Shown here in pieces: positions 9,418-17,344 of a DNA stretch of 64,000 nucleotides (its first letter is position 1; each line of letters opens with the position of its first letter). A model generated the notes under the pieces. The model worked only from the letters and a program-made list of their open reading frames with translations. It was not told the origin of the DNA and ran no database searches. A program made the position numbers and the translations under genes. The stretch is from Thermoplasmata archaeon (GTDB taxonomy: Archaea > Thermoplasmatota > Thermoplasmata > Halarchaeoplasmatales > Halarchaeoplasmataceae). The DNA is taken from positions 568-64,567 of the forward strand of contig PUPH01000066.1 of assembly GCA_003553085.1 (NCBI GenBank). Reading direction: 5' to 3'.

Positions 9418-9661
9418 TTTTCATAACTTTTGAGCGGAGCGAGAAAGTTTGAAAATTGCGGGAATACTCGTATTCCCGCTAACTTCTAACATTGCGAGTT
9501 ACGAGTAATTTAGAAGCAAGAGATTCGCTTCTCGGGGGATATTCGAAAACTGTTAAGAATCTATGATTCTCAACGCTCGCCAGTAACATTTATCGAAAGT
9601 GATTTTGGGTTTGATTTTTTTTAGATAAGTTTAAATAGCAATTATATACTCATTCCACCTG

Positions 9662-10513
9662 GTGTCAGCCAAAATGAAGAGAGGACCCATCGCCACTCTC
9701 GGTGGTGGCGTGCCGTTAGACCCAAAGGAACCGATCTTTGTGGAAATCTTCCAAAGGGCAAAGAAGATAGCAAAAGGTAAGCCCAACATAGCCATAATAC
9801 CGACCGCCAGCCAGGATACGGAGAAAACAGGAAAGGATTACTCCATACTTTTTAGAGAGCTAGGCGCCGACGTGACCATCTTGAATCCTGATGTGCGAGA
9901 TAGTGCAAATCATAAGGACCTCGGTGATCTAGCAGAAAAGGTCGATGCCTTCTTCTTCACTGGCGGGAATCAACTCAGGATAACCACAATGCTCGGTGGA
10001 ACGAAATTATTGGAAAAGATAAAGATGAGATATCTTTCTGGAGCGATGGTCGCAGGAACCAGCGCAGGTGCAGCTTGTCTGACAGGGATAATGATCGCCC
10101 ATGGAGATAGTGAGGATGCATTACTAGCAGGAGAGCTGGAACTTTCGTCCGGTCTTAACTTTATAGATAACGTTGTCATAGACACTCATTTCACCGCTAG
10201 GGGTAGATTTCCAAGGTTGATACATGTTGTGGCCGAGAACCCGGGAATACTGGGTATCGGTATAGGAGAGCACACCGCCACGTTTTGGGACTTCAAAAAA
10301 TACGAGTTCGAAGTGATAGGTAACAGAAACCTAGTGGTGGTGGATGGAATCACCATCGGCGCCAGCAATAAAGCCGACATAAAGCCGGGTGAGCCATTAT
10401 GTGTGGAAAATATCACTCTTCATATACTTTCTAACGGTTCCACTTATGATCTAAAGGATAGAAAGGCTGTACTTCCTGATCGGGTCATAACTGAACCCGA
10501 TGTGGAGATTTAA
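9662..10513 (+). CDS. cphB: Cyanophycinase (peptidase S51, CphB-like)
   Basis: FFFTGGNQLRI, the nucleophile motif GTSAGA, and DTHF..RGRFPRL, with a size near 280 aa. The start may be GTG 9662 or ATG 9674 (MKRGPIATLGGG). A TATA-like TTTAAATA lies at about 9630. Confidence 0.8.
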   Translation: MSAKMKRGPIATLGGGVPLDPKEPIFVEIFQRAKKIAKGKPNIAIIPTASQDTEKTGKDYSILFRELGADVTILNPDVRDSANHKDLGDLAEKVDAFFFTGGNQLRITTMLGGTKLLEKIKMRYLSGAMVAGTSAGAACLTGIMIAHGDSEDALLAGELELSSGLNFIDNVVIDTHFTARGRFPRLIHVVAENPGILGIGIGEHTATFWDFKKYEFEVIGNRNLVVVDGITIGASNKADIKPGEPLCVENITLHILSNGSTYDLKDRKAVLPDRVITEPDVEI

Positions 10514-13190
10514 CTTCCTTCGGTTTTTGATTTGGCCCCTCTGTTATAGCATCTGTTATTTTACACAATTGTTCATATGTATAATCCAGATCTACAAGGG
10601 CGATCAGATCCCCTTCTTTGGAGGCCTGTAACGCATGCGATACGGCTTCATCCATGTCCTCGATAACTATAGCATCGCCCCTGTTGGATTCGACACCCTG
10701 AAAGATCAGGCTGGAGACTTCTTCAGCTTTACGTCCTCGTCTTTGTCCCGGATACTCGGTGATGATTATATCATCAAACCCACCGGATATCACTTCACCA
10801 CTCTTGACTAGATCCTCATCCCTTCTATCACCCACACCGGCGAACACTATGGTTTTTCTGTCGCAATCCATGGTGGAAACATACTCACCCAGTGATCTCA
10901 ATGCATCCGGATTGTGGGCATAGTCCAACAATATCTTCCTTCCATCCCATCCGTACATGTTCAACCTACCTGGATTGGTCCTCTCGGTACTCCGGAACGA
11001 TTTCAGTGCATCAGCGATAGCCTCCCCAGAGATCCCACTGCATCGTGCCGCAGCCACTGCAGCAAGCGTGTTTTCCACCATCATCCTGACTCCACCCCGT
11101 AAGTAATTCACCTCGTGGACGGAAACGATCCTTTCTTTTTTTCCTCCCGAATACATGACCAGGTCGTCACCTTCTTTTAGGAAAACTTTATCTCCACTTT
11201 CTATGAACCTGTCGGTTATCTCGTTTTCCTCTACCGCGAACAGTACGGGCTTACCTTTTGCCCGCTCTAACAATCTTTCTGCGAAATCATCGTTAGCATT
11301 GATCACGCAGTGACCGTTCTTTTCTGTAGCCTCGACCACTACTGACTTTATCCAGAATATATCCTCCACACCCGATATCTCGTCCACACCTATATGATCC
11401 TCACCGATATTCGTAACCACACTAACGCTACATCTATCGAAACCCATACCTCGTCTCAGGATACCGCCCCTTGCTGTCTCTAACACCGCATATTCAACGG
11501 ATGAGTCCTGTAACACCTTCTGGGCACTCCATGGCCCTGTGGTATCCCCTTCGATGACCTTTTGCCCTTTGATGTATATTCCACCGGTAACCGCTAAACC
11601 GGTCCTGTGTCCTCGACTCCTGATGATCCAATCTATTATACGGCAGGTAGTGGTCTTACCATTTGTGCCTGTTACCGCTATCACCGGTATCCTTCCATCG
11701 CCTTCCGGGTAGAGATGATCCACAATGTGCTTACCTACCGGTATAGGATCGCCAACGTTGGGAGATAGGTGCATCCTCAACCCTGGGCTTGCGTTCGCCT
11801 CGATTATAGCCCATTCCGTCTGATCTTCTGGAACAGTGATATCCTCACAGATTATGTCTATACCCACAAGATCCATGTCCAAGGCTCGACTTGCCCTCTC
11901 TATCTGTACTCTGAATGAAGGGTGCACTTTCTCGGTAAAATCCTCCGCTATACCGCCGGTACTCAAGTTCGCACCACCTCTCAGATAGACTGTTTCGCCT
12001 TCCTTGGGAACCTTATTTAGTCCGCTGCCGTGCCGTTTTAGGTAAGATCGCTCCACATCGCTTATCTCGATCCTCGTTAGCGATGATACGTGTCCATTAG
12101 CCCTCCTGGGATCCTTGTTGACCTCCTCTATCAACTCCTCGACTGTGGATTTTCCATCACCGACCACATGGGCCGGGATCCTTTTAGCTACCGCTACGAC
12201 TTTATTATCGACCACGAGGAACCGGTAATCGTGGCCTTTGATATGTTCCTCTACCAATATATCACTAGACTCTCTAGACGCTATCTTGAATGCTTTCTTC
12301 ACCTCTTTGCCATCCCTGAGATCTACCAATACGCCCTTTCCATGGTGTCCGCTTTCGGGTTTCAAAACCACCGGGTATCCTATCATATCGGCATATTTTA
12401 CAGCACTATCAACCCGAGTCACAACTCTTCCTCTAGGTACAGTTAGCCCATGATCTTCCAGGACCTTTTTACACAGATTTTTGTCCTGCACCAGATCAGC
12501 ACCGATGGAAGGTGTCAATGAGGTGACCGGACCCCATATCGCCTTTTTGTTCACACCCCATCCGAGGTAAAATAAGCTGTATTTCGGAAGAATCCTTCGA
12601 TAGGGTATATTACGTTCTTTGGCCACAGTTATGATAGCCGAAGTACTGGGACCCATCCGTTCCTCCAGAAGAGCGCTCCGTTTCATACTATCCAAAGACT
12701 GTTTTACATCGGATTCGAGTTCCTCCCAGCTCATCTCGTCGTGGAGCATATTATTTAACATATCTACGCAGAACCTCAGGGCTGAGGAAGCGACCTTCTC
12801 TACTTCATAGTCAGTGACTATCATATACCTGGAACCATTGATATTCCTTGCCTTTCCAAAACTGACTGAACAGCCGAATTTGTTCTGTATCGCGATCACA
12901 CAATGTTCGATTATATGGGCTGGATATGTTCCCTCGTTCAAACGTTTGATGAATCCACCGGGTTCCTCGTAAGAACACTTATGAGCCTCCAGTTCGGGCA
13001 ATAGAGATGATAATTTATCGGCGAATTCCGGATCGGAAGGAGTATCTACCCACGATCCCAGATCGACTTCTGCTTCCATCACCGGAAAAAGGGCGTGAAT
13101 ATTTGGCCCTCTTAAGAATTTTATTTCGATCACTTTGATGTCTTTTGGATCGCCGGATCCTTTTAAGTTCATTGACATTTTTTCCACCAT
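10485..13190 (-). CDS. cphA: Cyanophycin synthetase (CphA-type: N domain + ATP-grasp domain + Mur-ligase-like domain)
   Basis: 901 aa. ATP-grasp region (YPVVLKPESGHHGKGV, EEHIKGHDYRFLVVDNKVVAV, IIEANASPGLRMH). Mur-ligase P-loop IPVIAVTGTNGKTTT, then the DYAHNPDAL motif. The domain order matches CphA. Confidence 0.9.
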   Translation of the reverse strand: MVEKMSMNLKGSGDPKDIKVIEIKFLRGPNIHALFPVMEAEVDLGSWVDTPSDPEFADKLSSLLPELEAHKCSYEEPGGFIKRLNEGTYPAHIIEHCVIAIQNKFGCSVSFGKARNINGSRYMIVTDYEVEKVASSALRFCVDMLNNMLHDEMSWEELESDVKQSLDSMKRSALLEERMGPSTSAIITVAKERNIPYRRILPKYSLFYLGWGVNKKAIWGPVTSLTPSIGADLVQDKNLCKKVLEDHGLTVPRGRVVTRVDSAVKYADMIGYPVVLKPESGHHGKGVLVDLRDGKEVKKAFKIASRESSDILVEEHIKGHDYRFLVVDNKVVAVAKRIPAHVVGDGKSTVEELIEEVNKDPRRANGHVSSLTRIEISDVERSYLKRHGSGLNKVPKEGETVYLRGGANLSTGGIAEDFTEKVHPSFRVQIERASRALDMDLVGIDIICEDITVPEDQTEWAIIEANASPGLRMHLSPNVGDPIPVGKHIVDHLYPEGDGRIPVIAVTGTNGKTTTCRIIDWIIRSRGHRTGLAVTGGIYIKGQKVIEGDTTGPWSAQKVLQDSSVEYAVLETARGGILRRGMGFDRCSVSVVTNIGEDHIGVDEISGVEDIFWIKSVVVEATEKNGHCVINANDDFAERLLERAKGKPVLFAVEENEITDRFIESGDKVFLKEGDDLVMYSGGKKERIVSVHEVNYLRGGVRMMVENTLAAVAAARCSGISGEAIADALKSFRSTERTNPGRLNMYGWDGRKILLDYAHNPDALRSLGEYVSTMDCDRKTIVFAGVGDRRDEDLVKSGEVISGGFDDIIITEYPGQRRGRKAEEVSSLIFQGVESNRGDAIVIEDMDEAVSHALQASKEGDLIALVDLDYTYEQLCKITDAITEGPNQKPKEVKSPHRVQL

Positions 13191-13316
13191 TTGCAGCTTA
13201 TATAAACCATAACCCTTCTAGGACATATAATATAGTAACAAGGTATATATGAAACTATCGTTAACAACGGATACATAGCAAATTTTATACCGACCGATCG
13301 ACCTTTAGATGATCCT

Positions 13317-14297
13317 ATGAGGGGACTGTTCATAGGCAGGTTCCAACCCTTCCACAAAGGTCATCTGACCATCGTAAAACGCATGGCTGAAGAATGCGAT
13401 GTCGTGATTCTAGGTGTAGGTAGCGCCCAGCATGAGCACACAGTCACCGATCCATTATCGGGTTCAGAGAGGATAGTTATGATCGGAGATACGCTGAAAA
13501 AAGAGGGGATAACTAACTTCGAGATATACCCTGTACCGGATATCAACTGCTATCCCGCATGGCCCCATTATGTGAGGAGCATCCTTCCACCATTCGACAG
13601 GATATATACCAATTCAAAGGTGGTAAAACGTTTATTCAGAGATATCCGGGTCAAGGTAGTTGATGTCGAACCGGTGAACAGAGATCAGTGGAGAGGGGAG
13701 GAGATAAGACGCAGGATAAGAGAAAGTGAGGAATGGAAAGAACTGGTTCCAACCTATGTAGCAGAATATTTGGAGAAGATCGATATGAAAGACAGGATCA
13801 AACCGATTTTTGGGATGAGCGAAGAAACAGAAAAAGAAGTTGCGCATCTGCTAACTAAAAAAGATTTGACGATAGCCACCGCAGAATCATGCTCAGGAGG
13901 ATTGGTGGCACACCGCCTAACGAACGTTCCAGGATCATCCATGTATTTTATCACAGGGATGATAACTTACAGCAACCAGTCGAAGATCGAACTTCTTGAG
14001 GTGGATGAGGAGGATCTGATAGAATACGGGGCTGTCAGCCCGGTGATCGCAGAGCAGATGGCCCAAGGGGTGAGGAAAAAAACAGGTTCCGATATCGGTC
14101 TGAGTACAACAGGTATAGCCGGACCGGGTGGGGGGACAAAAGAGAAAAAGGTGGGTACCGTATATATAGGGATATCCATCGGAGACGAGGTTAAGGTTGA
14201 GAAATTCCATTTCAATGGGGACCGATGGCAGGTTAAAGAGCAGACTTCCGAATCTGCATTACGATGTTTGAGAGAGATACTAGAGGCTACCCATTGA
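13317..14297 (+). CDS. Fusion protein: archaeal nicotinamide-nucleotide adenylyltransferase (NadM-type) + CinA C-terminal/PncC NMN-amidohydrolase domain
   Basis: The N-terminal half (MRGLFIGRFQPFHKGHL..GVGSAQ..WRGEEIRRRI) closely parallels archaeal NMNAT. The C-terminal half (TIATAESCSGGLVAHRLTNVPGSS..TGIAGPGGGTKEKKVGTVYIG) is the CinA/PncC domain. Junction near 13824. Confidence 0.8.
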   Translation: MRGLFIGRFQPFHKGHLTIVKRMAEECDVVILGVGSAQHEHTVTDPLSGSERIVMIGDTLKKEGITNFEIYPVPDINCYPAWPHYVRSILPPFDRIYTNSKVVKRLFRDIRVKVVDVEPVNRDQWRGEEIRRRIRESEEWKELVPTYVAEYLEKIDMKDRIKPIFGMSEETEKEVAHLLTKKDLTIATAESCSGGLVAHRLTNVPGSSMYFITGMITYSNQSKIELLEVDEEDLIEYGAVSPVIAEQMAQGVRKKTGSDIGLSTTGIAGPGGGTKEKKVGTVYIGISIGDEVKVEKFHFNGDRWQVKEQTSESALRCLREILEATH

Positions 14298-14634
14298 GGT
14301 TCGATACCGCTTTGTTCAAATACTTGAAAAGTGGTGCCAACTCAAAGGTTGAATCTACCACTACGGAAAGTATATTTTTTGGCCCTGCAGTGACCACGAC
14401 GACCCGACCCTCGGGTGAATCGACTATAACCTTGGATGGGGTGCTGCGATCCAATTCTGAATTCGCCGCCTTGGCCGCACCGACCATGGTTGCCACCATG
14501 ATCCCAAATGTTTCTTGATGGACTCCGACGGGAAGGTCTGAATATTGAACCATACCTTCTCTACTAACCAAAGCTGCGCCGAGTACTCCGTGTCTGTTCA
14601 ATTCACTAAAAATGTCTTCATATTCTTTATTCAA
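14287..14634 (-). CDS. Roadblock/LC7 (MglB-like) domain protein
   Basis: 115 aa. LNRHGVLGAALVSREGMVQYSDLP..VATMVGAAKAA..VVDSPEGRVVVVTAG fits the Robl/LC7 fold pattern. Confidence 0.7.
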   Translation of the reverse strand: MNKEYEDIFSELNRHGVLGAALVSREGMVQYSDLPVGVHQETFGIMVATMVGAAKAANSELDRSTPSKVIVDSPEGRVVVVTAGPKNILSVVVDSTFELAPLFKYLNKAVSNLNG

Positions 14635-14646
14635 ATTATTTCCTCC

Positions 14647-15063
14647 TTAAAATCCCTTGATCTCTATCTCAAATTCGCATCGTTCATTACCCAGACTCTG
14701 ACATCCTGTTTCCTTAACATCCACCATCTTCCCGGTCTTCTGTTCATATACGCTGGAGATGATACCTCTCAATCTATGGCATGTTTTGGTGGCGGATGTG
14801 TCATCCACCTCTACACTTCCATCGGCATAGGCTTTCTCATCCTCTAAGGAGAGGTCTGTTACCCATCCTCTGGCTTGTACCAGTTTCTCCGCCCGGTTCA
14901 TGAAGCCGTCATCAGCGTCCAGCACTTCGATTATACCTTTACCGATCACTTTACCTTCTCTATAGAACAGTCCTTCGTAAGCGGTGGCCATGACACCCTC
15001 ATAGAATTTGGCCATCTCTTTGAGTTCCTTTTGTGATATTTTGACGAATTTCATGTTTGTCAA
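14647..15063 (-). CDS. V4R (4-vinyl-reductase-like) small-molecule-binding domain protein
   Basis: 138 aa. The C-terminal ETGCQSLGNERCEFEIEIK is the typical V4R Cys..Cys signature. It sits directly upstream of the Roadblock gene on the same strand. Confidence 0.6.
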   Translation of the reverse strand: MTNMKFVKISQKELKEMAKFYEGVMATAYEGLFYREGKVIGKGIIEVLDADDGFMNRAEKLVQARGWVTDLSLEDEKAYADGSVEVDDTSATKTCHRLRGIISSVYEQKTGKMVDVKETGCQSLGNERCEFEIEIKGF

Positions 15064-15069
15064 CTCATA

Positions 15070-15636
15070 TTATCTGTGGCATTCAGGACACAGTAGTTGC
15101 CCTTCGGAAGACGTTAATCGTTCTGAAAAAACAGAACAGCTCTCGCAATAACCCGATATCTCGATCACGCTTGGTTCCTGGTATCTTTCGATATCCTCGG
15201 GATAACGTATCCGAGCGTATTCACGAGTTATATCTAACAGTGCTGGAGAAAGTTCGATTATATCGTTTTCGGTAATCAGACCTATCATATTACCGTCTCT
15301 CATGACTGGCAGTCGTCTTATTCCGAGTTCGGCCATGGTCTCCGCAGCATCTCTGACGCGCTTGTTTCCAGATATGGTATTTACCGGTGTGGACATGATG
15401 TCCGCTACTATAGTATCGTTGAGATCCAGTCCTTCTGCAACCGCTTTGAAGACTATATCCATCTCTGTTATTATGCCTTCGATCTCTCCGCGTTCATCCA
15501 GAACGATCAAGCTTCCCACATCGGATTCTTTCATCAGAGAGGCTGCCTTACGTACGGATTCCGTTCTCTTGATTATGGTCGGCGTTACAGACATCACGTC
15601 TTGAATTCTTATGTCCGGGTCTTCAAAACTTTGCAT
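15070..15636 (-). CDS. CBS-domain pair protein with C-terminal zinc ribbon
   Basis: Two CBS repeats (VMSVTPTIIKRTESVRKAASLMKESDVGSLIVLDERGEIEGIITEMDI and IMSTPVNTISGNKRVRDAAETMAELGIRRLPVMRDGNMIGLITENDI), then CESC..x17..CPEC. I chose the start at internal Met 15636. The longer ORF to 15744 would overlap serS. Confidence 0.75.
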   Translation of the reverse strand: MQSFEDPDIRIQDVMSVTPTIIKRTESVRKAASLMKESDVGSLIVLDERGEIEGIITEMDIVFKAVAEGLDLNDTIVADIMSTPVNTISGNKRVRDAAETMAELGIRRLPVMRDGNMIGLITENDIIELSPALLDITREYARIRYPEDIERYQEPSVIEISGYCESCSVFSERLTSSEGQLLCPECHR

Positions 15637-15742
15637 GGTTGATCCCGGACTTATAATATTTAAGTATATGTTAAATCTTTCGAAAATCTTTGAAAGGAGA
15701 AAATGTTTATTATGACCCCTCGGATTGCACCTTCGATCAAAC

Positions 15743-17257
15743 ATGATCTTCGAACTGGAATGTTATCTGCGATTCAGCGGTACCATCGCTGACAAAGAAG
15801 AATTCATATCGGATCTACTTTCAGAAGCTGACGACGACCTACTGAAGAGAGGTGTACCCCATGGTATGGAAGGGGGTGCATCCATAGATTATGTTGAATT
15901 CCATGAAGACAACATCAAATTGAAGCTGATTTCAGACCGTTATGTCAGGGCTCATGACGCTGTGCTTAGATTGAAAAAGATGTTGAGCCAAAATATGGGT
16001 AAAGAATTCCATATAGGTGTGAGGGGGGTTGAAATAGGATCCTATGTAGTCGAATTTAAATGCGATCACGAACCCATGGAAGATATCGATCTGCCATTTA
16101 CTAATGATATCGAATTCAAGGGCGATATCTGCATATTGAACGTAGGTGAATTATCCCATGAACAGTTGGCGAACAACTACGTTGACAGGATGATCAATAG
16201 AGTTAAAGAGAAAGTTAACGCACAACATTACGAAGGTAAGAAGGAGCAGTGGAACCTGATCTGGAGATCCCAACAGAAAAAGATGGTATGGGATAAGGAT
16301 CCCACAGAGGAGATGGAAAAACGTGGATGGCTCATGAAGGGACCCACAAAAGGAAAGTGGTTCTATCGCCCAGAGGCCGCGAAGATCCTAAGAACCATGG
16401 AAAGGATCGCCATCGAAGAGGTTTTAAAACCTTCAGGATTCCAGGAGATCATAGAGTCCATGATGGTGCCCTTCGACGTATGGATAGATACGGGCCATAT
16501 GGAGGGGGTACCTAACGAGATGTACTATGTTTCAGAGCCGGTGACGAGAGATCCCGAGGAATGGGAACGATTTATAGACCATGTAAAGATCGCGAAGGAA
16601 GTACCCATGGACTTATTCAAGGAGTTGGTTTCAGAACCGAAGAGCGGTATATGTTACGCACAATGTCCTGTAGTATATTGGTCGCTCCGAAACCAAACCA
16701 TAGCCGATGACAGCCTTCCTCTGCTGGTTTACGATAAAACTTCACCCAGTGCTAGGTATGAGTCCGGTGGAAGACATGGGATCGAGAGGGTGGACGAGTT
16801 TCATCGCATCGAGCCGGTATATATCGGAACAAAAGATCAGTTGATGAAGTTGAAGGAAGATATGATCGATAGGTACAAACACGTTTTCGAAGATATCCTT
16901 GAGCTGGAGTGGAGGATGGCCGAGGTAGAACCGTTCTATCTCCAGCAGTCCGGGGGTGGAACTGCGGAGGAGGGAACTGAAGAGGGCACCGTCGATTTCG
17001 AAGCATACCTTCCATACCGGGGCGATAGGGAGGAGAGCGAATGGCTCGAATTCCAGAACCTCAGCATATTCCGAAAGTACACCAAGGCATTCAATATCAA
17101 ATCCCAGACTAAGGAATTATATTCCGGTTGCTCTGGGATCGGTCTAGAGAGGTGGACCGCCGCCTTCCTGGCCCAAAAGGGATTAGAACCTTCGAAATGG
17201 CCCAAGGGATTCAAAGAAAGGTACGGCGAACCACCGAAAGGTTTAAAACTACTGTAA
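15743..17257 (+). CDS. serS: Serine--tRNA ligase, type 2 (methanogen type)
   Basis: Collinear with my memory of Methanosarcina barkeri methanogen-type SerRS: RYVRAHDAVLRLKK, HIGVRGVEI, EQWNLIWR, GICYAQCPVVYW, RYESGGRHGIERVDEFHRIE, EWLEFQNLSI, YSGCSGIGLERWTAAFLAQKGLEP, PKGLKLL. The start at MIFELECYL matches the M. barkeri N-terminus better than the track start at 15725. Confidence 0.9.
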   Translation: MIFELECYLRFSGTIADKEEFISDLLSEADDDLLKRGVPHGMEGGASIDYVEFHEDNIKLKLISDRYVRAHDAVLRLKKMLSQNMGKEFHIGVRGVEIGSYVVEFKCDHEPMEDIDLPFTNDIEFKGDICILNVGELSHEQLANNYVDRMINRVKEKVNAQHYEGKKEQWNLIWRSQQKKMVWDKDPTEEMEKRGWLMKGPTKGKWFYRPEAAKILRTMERIAIEEVLKPSGFQEIIESMMVPFDVWIDTGHMEGVPNEMYYVSEPVTRDPEEWERFIDHVKIAKEVPMDLFKELVSEPKSGICYAQCPVVYWSLRNQTIADDSLPLLVYDKTSPSARYESGGRHGIERVDEFHRIEPVYIGTKDQLMKLKEDMIDRYKHVFEDILELEWRMAEVEPFYLQQSGGGTAEEGTEEGTVDFEAYLPYRGDREESEWLEFQNLSIFRKYTKAFNIKSQTKELYSGCSGIGLERWTAAFLAQKGLEPSKWPKGFKERYGEPPKGLKLL

Positions 17258-17344
17258 TATACGCTTAAAACCTCCATGAGTGAACCAAAAAGTTGTTATA
17301 GCATATGGAGATAGCAACAATCCAAGTTAATCAGGGGAATCATA

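Noticed and set aside
15637-15744. Longer versions of the CBS gene (to 15744) and of serS (from 15725) that overlap head-to-head
   Set aside because: The internal Met starts (15636 and 15743) match the conserved N-termini. They leave a 106-nt divergent promoter spacer, and the extra residues have no homology signal.
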